Source: a bacterium (GTDB lineage: Bacteria; Patescibacteriota; Minisyncoccia; Moranbacterales; DUUL01). From it: a stretch of DNA of 64,000 nucleotides. Location of the stretch: contig JABGXP010000002.1 in NCBI GenBank assembly GCA_018675685.1, positions 14,367 through 78,366 of the forward strand, in the 5' to 3' direction. This document shows positions 1 to 9,874 of this stretch, piece by piece (the first letter of the stretch is position 1; each line of letters opens with the position of its first letter). The translations under genes were made by a program, and so were the position numbers. The notes under the pieces are model-generated. The model was given only the letters and a program-made list of their open reading frames with translations, made no database searches and was not told the origin of the DNA.

Positions 1-2093
1 GCGAGCCAAGAGATTGACTCCATCCCAAATGCTAAATTCCCCGATGATCCACTAGTAAATCTATCAACTAAGAAGTCTGAATCTCCAGTGATCACAAACC
101 TAGAGGAGTTATCCTTGGAGACTGAAACGGCTAGCAGTTTAACTCCAAGGTTAGAAGAGTTGAACTCTTGGTCAATCCTGATGTCAAATTGTCCGCTCTG
201 AGTGCTACCAGATTCAGTTGTTGTGATAAGTTCTTTGATCTCGATGGAATTTTCATCTGCGGTGGTCTTGTCGATTGAAATTGAACTAACCCAAGGCATG
301 ACCAGACTCTGCACTTTCTTGGTAATCAGGAGATTTTCTTGTGTTGAGACTGTGCGTGCCCAGAAAGGATAACGGATACGCACTGGGAATGGGCCACCAC
401 CAGCTTGAACAATCTCGTTTGAATGTAGGTCATACACAAGATCCTTTTTGACTTCAACTGCTAATTCTTTTTTAACAAAGTCCGCCAAGGTTGTCGGAAT
501 TTCTCTCGCCACACCAACCTCGGGGGAGGCCATGATGTTGTCAATCATGAAAAATACATTACCACCTTCATCAATAAATCTTTTCAATTCAGTTCTTTCT
601 TGAGCTGAAACCTCTTCGCTTGTACCAGCAACTACCAAGACATCAACCTCTGCAGGAATTTTAATCGTCCGTGGTGTTTCGATAGCTGATTCATCAGTAT
701 TTTTTGGAGTAATTTTCGTTAAAGAAGCTTCCTCTTGAAGACTTTCTGGATTTATTGTCGTAACCTTGAACTGTTTTGAAAGTTCTCTTTTGAGAATTTG
801 TAAATCTTCCGTAAGGCTTTTCTCTCCATGACCAGATAAGAAGGCTACAGTTTTTTTATTTTCACTTGTCAGTTTCACAATAAAACTTGTTAATTGGTAT
901 TCCAAATCACTAGTGTCCTGAATGAAAGGTAGTGATTCATGTTCACCACCATAAGCAACAGCTAACCCTAGATATCCATAATTCAATTGCCTTTCTTCTG
1001 CCCTGATAACATCAAAAGGAATCTTTTCAACTCCAAGAGAGGAGGCTTCTTTGGCAGCTTTATCATTTCCAGATGGGTATTTGATTTCCAGCTTAATATT
1101 CCCCTTTCCTAGTGTCTTATAGTCCTTTAAGACGTCTTTTATTTCCCGTAGAGTTGGTTGAAGTGGGGAGGGGAGCTTATTTGATGTGAAAAAAGTGATC
1201 TCCACTAGATCATCTAAGCTATTCAAAGTTTCTTTTGTTGTTTCACTTAAGGTGTATACCTTCTCTTCTGTCAGATCAACTCTTCCTGGGATCCTAGCCC
1301 CAATAATATTTGTCATTAGAATTATTCCAACGAGCAGGAATGTTCCAAGCTGGAAGTTTCGATAAACCTTCTTTTGATTTCCAAACTTTGCCTTCAAAAG
1401 TAATAAATGCGCAATTACAAGAAAGGCAATGGCGATGGAAATAAAATACCAAACGTCTCGCAGATCTAAAACACCTCTCGACATTGACTCAAAATGTGTT
1501 AGTACAGAGAATTGTTCGAAAAAAGGAATTAACATTGAAGGAATGCGTGATGTTACCAGCTCAAGTCCAGCTATGATAATGAAAAAACCAGAAACAGCAG
1601 TTACTAAAAGAGCTGAAACTTGACTCTTAAAGAGACTTGAGATTAAAATCCCTAAAGCAGAAAGTGTTGATGCTAAAAAAACACTTGCAATATATTGTCC
1701 CCAGAAAACACCCCAATCTAAATTTCCAACTGAATTTAACCACATCGCGATCGGTAGAGAGAAGAGCATTGCAATCATTAGAAAGATTACACTTGCAAGA
1801 AATTTTCCAATAATAAACTCACTTTCTCTTAGGGGGCGTGACAAGAGAAGCTCAAGGGTGCCCTCTGCCTTTTCCTGAGCGACAGTCCCCATTGTGAGAG
1901 CTGGAATAATGAGTAAGAAGACCCAAGGCAAAAGCATAAATAAGTTACTTAAGGAGGCGACGCCTACCTGGAAAACACTTTTAAAAAAGAGGAACTCCCA
2001 AAGTAGTAAAAACGAGACAAGTGCGATATAGGCGGTTGGGTTGTTGAAATAACTACCTAGCTCTTTTTTAATTATTGTAATTATATTTTTCAT
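1..2093 (-). CDS. ABC-2 type transporter permease fused to a GldG-like extracytoplasmic domain (GldF/GldG-like). Partial: the C-terminus runs off the window start.
   Basis: Minus-strand ORF starting at the ATG at 2093 (MKNIITIIKKELGSYFNNPTAY..., typical ABC-2/GldF N-terminus), open to position 1 with multiple TM segments then a large hydrophilic domain. Absent from the ORF track because there is no stop inside the window. Lies directly downstream of its ATPase partner. Confidence 0.75.
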   Translation of the reverse strand, partial: MKNIITIIKKELGSYFNNPTAYIALVSFLLLWEFLFFKSVFQVGVASLSNLFMLLPWVFLLIIPALTMGTVAQEKAEGTLELLLSRPLRESEFIIGKFLASVIFLMIAMLFSLPIAMWLNSVGNLDWGVFWGQYIASVFLASTLSALGILISSLFKSQVSALLVTAVSGFFIIIAGLELVTSRIPSMLIPFFEQFSVLTHFESMSRGVLDLRDVWYFISIAIAFLVIAHLLLLKAKFGNQKKVYRNFQLGTFLLVGIILMTNIIGARIPGRVDLTEEKVYTLSETTKETLNSLDDLVEITFFTSNKLPSPLQPTLREIKDVLKDYKTLGKGNIKLEIKYPSGNDKAAKEASSLGVEKIPFDVIRAEERQLNYGYLGLAVAYGGEHESLPFIQDTSDLEYQLTSFIVKLTSENKKTVAFLSGHGEKSLTEDLQILKRELSKQFKVTTINPESLQEEASLTKITPKNTDESAIETPRTIKIPAEVDVLVVAGTSEEVSAQERTELKRFIDEGGNVFFMIDNIMASPEVGVAREIPTTLADFVKKELAVEVKKDLVYDLHSNEIVQAGGGPFPVRIRYPFWARTVSTQENLLITKKVQSLVMPWVSSISIDKTTADENSIEIKELITTTESGSTQSGQFDIRIDQEFNSSNLGVKLLAVSVSKDNSSRFVITGDSDFLVDRFTSGSSGNLAFGMESISWL

Positions 2094-2137
2094 ATCTTTC
2101 AGTGTTTCTTTTTAGTTAGTATTTTATTCAATTTCAA

Positions 2138-3067
2138 TTAGAGTATTTTTGTTAAGTCTTGGAAGATATCCTCAAGGTTTTGTTCTTTTTCAACTAACTT
2201 CCAGATAATCCAGTTATTTTTATTGGCAATTTTGGAAATTTCAGGCTGAATCCTGGTCGCTTTTTCAGTGGTGATTGAAAGTTTTGTGATTTTATCTTCA
2301 ATATGAATATCTTTGAAATCCTTGATAGCAGAAATTTTTTCGAGTTCTTTTCTGATTCCTTTTCCTTCAATTTCAAGTGTCAAAGAGCGTTCATTTTTTG
2401 CTGATAAGGATAATTCCTCAGTTGTTCCATTGGCTACAAGCTTTCCTTTATTAATAATCAACATCCTGTCACAAATAGCAGAAGCTTCCTGCATAATGTG
2501 GGTGCTAATGATAATAGTATGATCTTTCGCTAGTTTTTTAATTAGAGCACGTATTTCTTTCCTCTGATTCGGATCTAACCCTTCAGTTGGTTCATCCATG
2601 ATAATTATCTCTGGATTATGAATAAGTGCAGCAGCGATACCCACTCTTTGTTTGAAACCCTTTGAAAGTTCACCAATGGGTCGATAGAAAACATCTTTAA
2701 TATTAACAGCATTAACAACGAAATCCAAAGCTTCTTTACGTTTCTCCTTTTTAATACCGTTTAAATCAGCTGTTAGCCTAAGAAACTCCATAACCAGCAT
2801 ATCTTTATATAAAGGGTTGCTTTCAGGTAGGTACCCGATCTTTTTTTGAATTTCCATTGTGTTTTCCTCAATATCTTTTCCGTCAACAGTAATTTTTCCA
2901 GAATCCGCAGATGTAAATCCTGTCAGCATTCGCATTGTTGTTGTTTTACCAGCACCATTAGGACCCAAAAAACCTACAATTTCGCCCTTTTTAATCTCAA
3001 ATGAAAGATCTTCAACGGCCTTCACAAAACCGAAAGATTTGGAAATTTTCTCGACTTTTATCATCAC
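2138..3067 (-). CDS. ABC transporter ATP-binding protein (GldA-like)
   Basis: Walker A GPNGAGKTT, ABC signature LSKGFKQRVGIAAAL, Walker B IIIMDEPTEGLD, 309 aa. Confidence 0.9.
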   Translation of the reverse strand: MMIKVEKISKSFGFVKAVEDLSFEIKKGEIVGFLGPNGAGKTTTMRMLTGFTSADSGKITVDGKDIEENTMEIQKKIGYLPESNPLYKDMLVMEFLRLTADLNGIKKEKRKEALDFVVNAVNIKDVFYRPIGELSKGFKQRVGIAAALIHNPEIIIMDEPTEGLDPNQRKEIRALIKKLAKDHTIIISTHIMQEASAICDRMLIINKGKLVANGTTEELSLSAKNERSLTLEIEGKGIRKELEKISAIKDFKDIHIEDKITKLSITTEKATRIQPEISKIANKNNWIIWKLVEKEQNLEDIFQDLTKIL

Positions 3068-3094
3068 AAATTTGTTATTTTTTAGTGTGTGTAT

Positions 3095-3130
3095 TATTTC
3101 AGTTTCTTAGTATACTAAGAAACTGAAATA
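3095..3130. promoter_or_regulatory. 36-nt perfect palindrome (TATTTCAGTTTCTTAGTA|TACTAAGAAACTGAAATA) in the leader of the ABC operon
   Basis: Read directly from the sequence. The left arm is the reverse complement of the right arm with no spacer. Sits 28 nt upstream of the ATPase start, in the divergent intergenic region. Confidence 0.6.
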
Positions 3131-3305
3131 ATGGCAAATACCTTAAATATTAGTGAAAAGTCTGGTTCAACTTCTCATTTTTTCTTATAAATGTTATACT
3201 TCCAGCGATAACAAAGTTAGTTTGTAGAAATAATTTGTCTGTCCATAACCTTTATTATTCATAAGAAACAAAAAAAGGTTAAACTAATAAGCTAAAAATA
3301 AAAAC

Positions 3306-4298
3306 ATGAGAAAATTGTTAGAAAGACTAAAAGAAGGAGGGCTTCCAAAGTTATTTAAAGCTCTTGGAATTATTGTAGTATTATTAATTCTTTTTGAGAT
3401 ATATAGTTCGGTTGTACTAGATAAGAACTCTGTCGACCTTGGAGTAAAAAAAGTAAAACAAAACATCGCACTGAATTCTGTAAGGGAGATGTCAGCACCA
3501 ACAGAATTGGCTATGTCAGAGAGTTTTGCAAGCGATGAGGTTGATTCTGCTGGATTTGTAGCGGATAAAGAGCCCCTTGGATCCTCAGGTTCAATACAAA
3601 ACTCAGTACCAGAGAAAAGGGTTATTAAAAATGGTTTCTTAACTTTGAAAGTCGAACAAACTAATAGTGCAGTTGAAAAAATCACAGAAATTGTTTCAGT
3701 GAATAAAGGCGAAATCTTTTCAAGTAATTTCAATGAATATCGTCGTGGCTCTAAAACTGGAACAATCTCTGTGAAGATTCCAGTCGATAACTTTCAGAAA
3801 ACTATAGTAGAATTAAAAACCGTTGCAACTCAAGTTGTCAGTGAGTCAACCTCTGGGCGGGACGTCACAGAACGCTATGTTGATTTGCAAGCGCAATTGA
3901 AAAACAAGAAGGCTGAAGAACAGACATTTGTTAGTCTTTTGGATCGCTCAGGAAAACTTGATGATGTGCTCAGCGTTTCAAGAGAAATTGCTCGTGTGAG
4001 AGGTGACATTGAGAGATTAGAGGGTAAGATTAAATATCTTGAGTCACAGACTGATATGTCAACAATAACGATTAATATTAGTGAAGATATAGAAATTACT
4101 CCTATAAGTGACGACTGGAGACCAGTGCAGGTTATGAAAAAAGCCTTTAATGACCTTAAGAAGCAATCGCAAGATACTGTGGATGCAATAATTCATTTTA
4201 TTATTGTTACTATTCCTTCATTTATTCCTTTTATACTCTTTGTTACAATAGTGTATTGGATTGGTAGGAAACTTTACCAAATCTTTTTAAGGAAGTAA
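3306..4298 (+). CDS. DUF4349-like membrane protein (N-terminal TM, coiled-coil core, C-terminal TM)
   Basis: 330 aa. Architecture and the motif run KIPVDNFQ...VTERYVDLQAQL...ARVRGDIERLEGKIKYLESQ resemble the DUF4349 family. Hydrophobic segments at both ends. Confidence 0.55.
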   Translation: MRKLLERLKEGGLPKLFKALGIIVVLLILFEIYSSVVLDKNSVDLGVKKVKQNIALNSVREMSAPTELAMSESFASDEVDSAGFVADKEPLGSSGSIQNSVPEKRVIKNGFLTLKVEQTNSAVEKITEIVSVNKGEIFSSNFNEYRRGSKTGTISVKIPVDNFQKTIVELKTVATQVVSESTSGRDVTERYVDLQAQLKNKKAEEQTFVSLLDRSGKLDDVLSVSREIARVRGDIERLEGKIKYLESQTDMSTITINISEDIEITPISDDWRPVQVMKKAFNDLKKQSQDTVDAIIHFIIVTIPSFIPFILFVTIVYWIGRKLYQIFLRK

Positions 4299-4308
4299 TT
4301 TTAACTAG

Positions 4309-4343
4309 AAAACGCCCCTTGAGTTCAGGGGGCGTTTTTGTTT
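4309..4343 (+). terminator. Rho-independent terminator
   Basis: AAAACGCCCC-TTGAGTTCA-GGGGGCGTTTTTGTTT hairpin plus T-run directly after the stop at 4298. Confidence 0.8.
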
Positions 4344-4460
4344 CCCTAAAGTTTTTGTGTTATAATAAAAAGTACTAAAATAGTCAGCGCTTTTTTGATT
4401 GAATTTAAAATAGCAGAACTATTGTTTTAGCGAAAATAAAATAAAAATAGTAAAAATAAA

Positions 4461-5027
4461 ATGGAAACACTAGGAACGACAACCGAAGCATTCAATTTCG
4501 CTAAACAAGCATTAACCTTTCTAATTCCATTTGCAACAGCCTTTATTCTATTCTTTACCCTTCTGGAGTCCAAGGCCCAAAAAGAATTAATCAGAAAACA
4601 ACAGACATATTCAGAGCTTCCTCTTCTGCGCTTACAATGGTCTGATAAAGATGTAAATGATATTTTTTTAATATTAAAAAAGGATAAGCCAGAAAAGTTC
4701 TATTCCTATACAGATTTAAAGATGATCAACGTTGGAAATGGTCTAGCTCGTGACGTTAAAATTGGAACCTTTAAGATTGGAAAAGAGAAACACAAACTTA
4801 AGAGCGTTGATATCCTTGCTAGCAATGACTCTGTCCAGCTTAGGTATGGCACTAACTTAAAGCAAAAAGGTGTCTTGGATGATGAAAATTATAAGCATAA
4901 ATTTGTAGTTCCTGTTAAGTATAAGGATGTTGAGGGTTCGAGTTGGAGTGTAAAATTTGAACTTAACGTTGATTACAACGATGGTTTTAGAGTAATTGGT
5001 CCGAAAAGATTGGATATTATTGTATAA
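4461..5027 (+). CDS. hypothetical membrane-anchored protein
   Basis: 188-aa ORF with one N-terminal TM (LTFLIPFATAFILFFTLL). No recognisable motif. Confidence 0.45.
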   Translation: METLGTTTEAFNFAKQALTFLIPFATAFILFFTLLESKAQKELIRKQQTYSELPLLRLQWSDKDVNDIFLILKKDKPEKFYSYTDLKMINVGNGLARDVKIGTFKIGKEKHKLKSVDILASNDSVQLRYGTNLKQKGVLDDENYKHKFVVPVKYKDVEGSSWSVKFELNVDYNDGFRVIGPKRLDIIV

Positions 5028-5055
5028 TTTTTGTATTAAAAATAAATAAAAAACA

Positions 5056-5622
5056 ATGAAAAAAAAGAATCTTCGAGATGAAGCGTATTACAAATCGCTA
5101 TCGATGTTCTTGATTGGGACAATCGGACTTTTGCTCATGACATATATCGCCTTTGGACTAGTGATGACTACAATAAAGGCTTATAGATTGATGGACCTTC
5201 AGAAAAATGAAAAAACTATTCCATCTGAAGTAGGCACAGTCCGACGCTATCTCGATCCTTCTAAGGAAGCTGATTTAAAAGGAGAAAAAGTAGCTATCGA
5301 TGTTGTTGTAAAAGAGGTTTTTGGGGAGATAATTTCCCTAAATAACAATATTATGACAGTCGAGACTAATATTTATGGAGATGAAACAAAAAGTGTTAGA
5401 TTAAAACTTGATGAAGAGGGGGTTGGGAGAATTCTCAGGTACGAGGTCAGCGAGAAGGATAATGAGAATGAAGTTGAGTTAAGTTTGGATGATCTAAAGG
5501 AGGGAATGTATGTAGGAGTGAAGCTTCCAGTCGAAGTTTTATTGTCTGAAATTGAAAATGATCTGATTTATGTGGATGATATTATTGTGGACATTGAATA
5601 TGAAGAGGGGACAGAAGAATGA
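5056..5622 (+). CDS. hypothetical membrane-anchored protein with acidic C-terminus
   Basis: 188-aa ORF, N-terminal TM (MFLIGTIGLLLMTYIAFGLVM). No recognisable motif. Confidence 0.45.
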   Translation: MKKKNLRDEAYYKSLSMFLIGTIGLLLMTYIAFGLVMTTIKAYRLMDLQKNEKTIPSEVGTVRRYLDPSKEADLKGEKVAIDVVVKEVFGEIISLNNNIMTVETNIYGDETKSVRLKLDEEGVGRILRYEVSEKDNENEVELSLDDLKEGMYVGVKLPVEVLLSEIENDLIYVDDIIVDIEYEEGTEE

Positions 5623-5644
5623 TCTTCTGTAAATTGTATGTTAC

Positions 5645-7138
5645 ATGTATAAAAAATATATGAAAAATAAAATTAAAAACAATCTTAAGAACGCTTGCCC
5701 CTCGTTGATCTTGTTGGTGTTTTCTTTTGCAATTTTTTCCAGTGCATCAGCTGCACCAGGTGATTGTGGGGGTAATTTTTCGGGTAGTTTTATTTATTCT
5801 GGTAAGCGAGCAAACTCGAGCGACCCATTTACAACAATTGTGCCAGCTGGGTATGACTTTAAAACACACCTTTTAATAACAGCTGAAGGAGAAGATGACC
5901 TTAAAGCAGGTGAGAATGTTGAAATTGTATTAGTGATGGACCGATCAGGTTCCATGGAGGACAAGGAGAGTGGTGTAAAAAAAATTGATGCAGCTAAGGA
6001 CTCTTTAAGTATTGTTGCTGATACCTTTATAACAAGCGCTGATTCAGAAAATCGCTTGGCGTTAGTGACATACAATGCGAACGTAACGCTCGATCAATCT
6101 TTAACTTCAAATTATAATAAAGTTAAGGATGCGATCAATAGTTTTCCTTCCGCAGGACAAACGAATATCAGTGGTGCCCTAATGACCGCATCTAATCATT
6201 TAAAAGCTAATGCTGATAATGATGCACAAAAATTTATTGTGATTGCAACAGATGGAAATCAAAATGTTGGAATGCCAATTAATTTTGGAATTAAAAGTGT
6301 AGGGAGTGACACAACTGTTTTTTCTGTTGGCATTGGAAAGGATGCAGATAGTACTACTTTAAAAAAGATAGCAGAGGAGTCAGGTAATAAAGAGGGTGCG
6401 TATTATGCTTCCAATGTAAGCGATTTAACAGCAATATTTACTGAGATTATTGAAGATATCCTAATTCCTTTTAGACCTAGCAATGTGCAAGCGACTTTTT
6501 ATAGAGAAAATGCCGATAAATTTAGCTTGATCTCTGCTGCTCCAAACTATTCAAGTGTTTCCAATGGCAATATATATTGGAATAATCTGGGATCAATGTT
6601 GAATGGTGTGAATAGAGAATTTGATTTGATTTATAATCAAGCTGGAGGTGTGGGGACTGGAATGCCTATCAATACAGGAGATGTTTTAGTTAACTATGAC
6701 TTATTCGGAGTAACTTGTTCAGAAATTGTTCCGATTGATATAATTACTATCGAAAATGAACTTCAATGTATTGGCGCAATCCCTAATAACGCGAATATGT
6801 GTCTGGGGGATGACACTGGTCTTAGTTCAGATTCTCCACGTAAGCTTGTAGAAGGGTGTTCAACTGTCGATAAATGTGAATATTTTTGTGATACAGATTT
6901 TGAATTGAAAAATGGAAAGTGTATAATTGAAGGAAAATGTGGCTCTGCGGAAACAGATATTTGGTGTCGTGATGCGCCAACAGTTGGTTGGTGTGGCACA
7001 GGCAGTGTTTTAATAGAGGGTCCTAATCCGACTGGGAATAGGTGGGTTTGGTCTTGTTCAGGTATGTTTGGTGGTCCGAGCACAACATGTCGCGCAGTTC
7101 GTGCTTGTGGGGAGGGATGGAGAGAGGTTGGTTTGTAA
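5645..7138 (+). CDS. secreted von Willebrand factor A (MIDAS) domain protein with Cys-rich C-terminal region
   Basis: N-terminal signal-like segment. MIDAS DxSxS motif (VLVMDRSGSM) plus downstream T and D (ATDGNQN). The last ~130 aa contain about 16 Cys. Confidence 0.75.
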   Translation: MYKKYMKNKIKNNLKNACPSLILLVFSFAIFSSASAAPGDCGGNFSGSFIYSGKRANSSDPFTTIVPAGYDFKTHLLITAEGEDDLKAGENVEIVLVMDRSGSMEDKESGVKKIDAAKDSLSIVADTFITSADSENRLALVTYNANVTLDQSLTSNYNKVKDAINSFPSAGQTNISGALMTASNHLKANADNDAQKFIVIATDGNQNVGMPINFGIKSVGSDTTVFSVGIGKDADSTTLKKIAEESGNKEGAYYASNVSDLTAIFTEIIEDILIPFRPSNVQATFYRENADKFSLISAAPNYSSVSNGNIYWNNLGSMLNGVNREFDLIYNQAGGVGTGMPINTGDVLVNYDLFGVTCSEIVPIDIITIENELQCIGAIPNNANMCLGDDTGLSSDSPRKLVEGCSTVDKCEYFCDTDFELKNGKCIIEGKCGSAETDIWCRDAPTVGWCGTGSVLIEGPNPTGNRWVWSCSGMFGGPSTTCRAVRACGEGWREVGL

Positions 7139-7160
7139 GCTTTTTATAAAGATTTGATAT

Positions 7161-7192
7161 AAAAACAGTCTTAAGTGATTAGACTGTTTTTA
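7161..7192 (+). terminator. Rho-independent terminator
   Basis: AAAAACAGTCT-TAAGTGATT-AGACTGTTTTT after the vWA gene. Confidence 0.75.
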
Positions 7193-7216
7193 TACTTTCA
7201 AGAACTTTTTCTTCTC

Positions 7217-7245
7217 TTGAGAAAATTACCTTTCTTGTGTATAAT
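7217..7245 (+). promoter_or_regulatory. sigma70-like promoter (TTGAGA-17nt-TATAAT) for the PilX-like/pilMNO transcript
   Basis: -35 TTGAGA at 7217-7222, 17-nt spacer, -10 TATAAT at 7240-7245. An AAAAGGGG RBS precedes the ATG at 7297. Confidence 0.5.
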
Positions 7246-7296
7246 TAAGAAAGAGATAGAAGATCTGTAGCTACAAAACAAAACCCAGAAAAGGGG

Positions 7297-8763
7297 ATGA
7301 ATAAAAAAACAACAAATAAAAAAACTAGGCGCAATACATCAGGTGGTTTCATTGCGGCATATGCCTTGGTTACTGCAGCAGTTATCACAACATTGTTGAC
7401 GGGTCTTTTGGTTTTTGTCAGTGTTGCTCAGAGAAGAAGCTCTGATGAGATCTCTCGTCAACAAGCCCTGCAATTAGCAGAAAGTGGCGTTTATTTCTAT
7501 AAGTGGTATTTAGCACATAACTTAGATGGTAAGAATGCGCAACAAATTAGAGGTTTTTGGGATTCAGGAACTGCCTATGGATCAACAACTCCATATGAGG
7601 TAGAGGTTAATGATAATGCAGGTATTGCAATGGGTAAATATAGTTTAAGTGTTGCGATTCCAAGTGCTGACTCTACGATTGCAACTGTTGAGTCAACTGG
7701 TTGGACATATAAACATCCAGGAGTTAGAAGGTCTGTGAGAGTTAGGTTTCGAAGAGCTTCTTGGAGTGAATTTGCTGCGCTTGCTAATGATGCAATGCGC
7801 TTCGGTGGCGGAACCAATGTTCAGGGACCAATCCATTCAAATGGAGGCATTCGCTTTGATGGTGTCGCTAACAACCAAGTTTCTTCATCTGTAGTGACTT
7901 ATGTGGACCCCGATAATGGAGTGATACGGCCCGGGGTTTGGACTTCTCAAGGAGATGAGAGCGCAGTATTTTTGGCGGGCAAAAAATTCCCAGTTCCAGC
8001 TATTGATTTTAATGGAGTGACAACTGATTTGGCCTTAATCAAATCAGAAGCCACAGACCACGGTTTATATTTTGGTGGCGACACCTATGAAAAGAATGTT
8101 TGTGGTTGGCAATGGGTTGGTCCACCAATTTGGTGGCAATGGCAGTGCAACACGCAAGAAGAATCTATCGAAGGCTATCACATTACTTTGCGTGTTGATG
8201 ACAAGTTAGAAAAAAGATTGGTTTATACGAGTGGTAGTTCCACTTATAATATCACTAGTGAATCTGCAGCAGAAGTTTTTGATATTCCCGCGAATGGTTT
8301 AATTTTTATCGAAGACAATGCATGGGTTGATGGAACGATAGATACTGCTAGAGTGACTATAGCCTCTGCTAATTTAGCTTCTGATGTAATTGAAACTGAT
8401 ATATATATAAATAATGATATTAGGTACACTCATACCGATGGTCAAGAAGTTATTGGTTTAATCGCAGAGAATAATATCTCAGTTGGTCTCTACTCTGAGA
8501 ATTTTCTTCAAATTGATGCCGCTTTGTTAGCACAGAAAGGTCGCGTGGGAAGGAATTACTACGGTTTTTCTAATTACCGTTGGAGAAATACGATAACTGT
8601 ATATGGTTCAATTGCCACAAATCATAGGTATGGATTTGCATGGACTGATGGAACTGGGTATGCAACCAGAAACTTATTTTTCGACAACAACTTGCTTTAC
8701 ACACCACCTCCATTTTTCCCAACAGGTACTACTTACGAGCTGGATTTGTGGGAGGATTTATAA
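7297..8763 (+). CDS. PilX-like protein (PilX_N-type N-terminus) with large extracellular domain
   Basis: N-terminal GGFIAAYALVTAAVITTLLTGLLVFVSVAQRRSSDEISRQQALQLAESGV matches the PilX N-terminal pattern (TM helix, E/R, ...AxxxAExG). 488 aa, directly upstream of pilM. Confidence 0.5.
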   Translation: MNKKTTNKKTRRNTSGGFIAAYALVTAAVITTLLTGLLVFVSVAQRRSSDEISRQQALQLAESGVYFYKWYLAHNLDGKNAQQIRGFWDSGTAYGSTTPYEVEVNDNAGIAMGKYSLSVAIPSADSTIATVESTGWTYKHPGVRRSVRVRFRRASWSEFAALANDAMRFGGGTNVQGPIHSNGGIRFDGVANNQVSSSVVTYVDPDNGVIRPGVWTSQGDESAVFLAGKKFPVPAIDFNGVTTDLALIKSEATDHGLYFGGDTYEKNVCGWQWVGPPIWWQWQCNTQEESIEGYHITLRVDDKLEKRLVYTSGSSTYNITSESAAEVFDIPANGLIFIEDNAWVDGTIDTARVTIASANLASDVIETDIYINNDIRYTHTDGQEVIGLIAENNISVGLYSENFLQIDAALLAQKGRVGRNYYGFSNYRWRNTITVYGSIATNHRYGFAWTDGTGYATRNLFFDNNLLYTPPPFFPTGTTYELDLWEDL

Positions 8764-8782
8764 ACCGAAACTGAAATAAAAG

Positions 8783-9874
8783 ATGCTAAGCAATTCATTC
8801 AAAAGATATTTTTCATATTTTTCAAAGCCACAGATATTCGCTGTGGATATTAACAATAGTGATTTAAAGATTTTTCAAATAGAACGCAAGAACGACAAGG
8901 ATATTATTCGTGGTTGGAGTAGAAAAATTTTACCTCCCGGGGTAGTTGTTGATTTTGAAATTCAAGAGACTGATAAATTTGTTGCAATCTTAAGAGAAGC
9001 TCTGGGTGAAGTCTCAGGGAAAAAAATCAGAGGTAAGTCAGTTGTTGTTTCTGTGCCAGAGGATAAGGTTTTTTTGAGAGTTATTAAGTTACCCTTAATG
9101 AAAGAGATTGAAGTAGACGAGGCTATTCATTGGGAGTTAGAGTCTCATATCCCAATTTCTGTCGATGAAGTTTATTTTGATTGGCAAATTGTAAAAAGGG
9201 GAGCCAAGGACATGGATATTTTAGTGGCTGCAACACCGAGGAAAATTGTTGACAATCTAATTTTTTCATTCGAAATGGCTGGTTTGACAGTTAGCGCTTT
9301 AGAGGCTGATTCAGTGGCATCCAAAAGAAGTATTTTAGCAGTTGATGACAATGAGGTTACAATGGTTGTTGACATAGGGATTGACGGTACTGCTTATTTT
9401 ATTTACAGAGATGGGTATCCTGTCTTCTCTTCCAGCAGTTCAATTTCGGGGAAATTATTTACAGATGTTGTTTCAAAGGAATTTGGTATCGACCTAAAAA
9501 AAGCAGAGCACTATAAAACAAAAATCGGCCTAGGATCTAATAAGAAAGAAAGAGATGAAGCGCTGAAGATTTACAAACCAATCCTTTCAAACTTAATTCA
9601 GGAAATAAACAAAACAATAACCTTCTATGATGAGAATTTGGCTATTGATGACAAAAGAGTTGAAAAAGTTGTTTTAGTAGGAGGAGGCTCAAATCTAAAA
9701 GGGCTTGTTTCATATGTAGCACTATATCTCAAGAAAGATGTTGCTCAGGGTGATCCGTGGAAAAATTTGCGATTTAAAAAACAAATTCCACCAATTTCAA
9801 AAGAAAAAGCACAAAGTTATATAACTGCGATTGGTTTAGCCTTAAGAGGATGCAAAGATGAATATTTCGATTAA
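8783..9874 (+). CDS. pilM: type IV pilus assembly protein PilM (actin-like ATPase fold), copy 1
   Basis: 363 aa. Typical PilM N-terminus (IFAVDINNSDLKIFQIERK), a second sugar-kinase/Hsp70-like half, and gene order M-N-O. Confidence 0.75.
   Translation: MLSNSFKRYFSYFSKPQIFAVDINNSDLKIFQIERKNDKDIIRGWSRKILPPGVVVDFEIQETDKFVAILREALGEVSGKKIRGKSVVVSVPEDKVFLRVIKLPLMKEIEVDEAIHWELESHIPISVDEVYFDWQIVKRGAKDMDILVAATPRKIVDNLIFSFEMAGLTVSALEADSVASKRSILAVDDNEVTMVVDIGIDGTAYFIYRDGYPVFSSSSSISGKLFTDVVSKEFGIDLKKAEHYKTKIGLGSNKKERDEALKIYKPILSNLIQEINKTITFYDENLAIDDKRVEKVVLVGGGSNLKGLVSYVALYLKKDVAQGDPWKNLRFKKQIPPISKEKAQSYITAIGLALRGCKDEYFD

Noticed and set aside
1429-1623. 64-aa plus-strand ORF
   Set aside because: Lies entirely inside, and antisense to, the long ABC-2 permease/GldG-like ORF. 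A shadow ORF.
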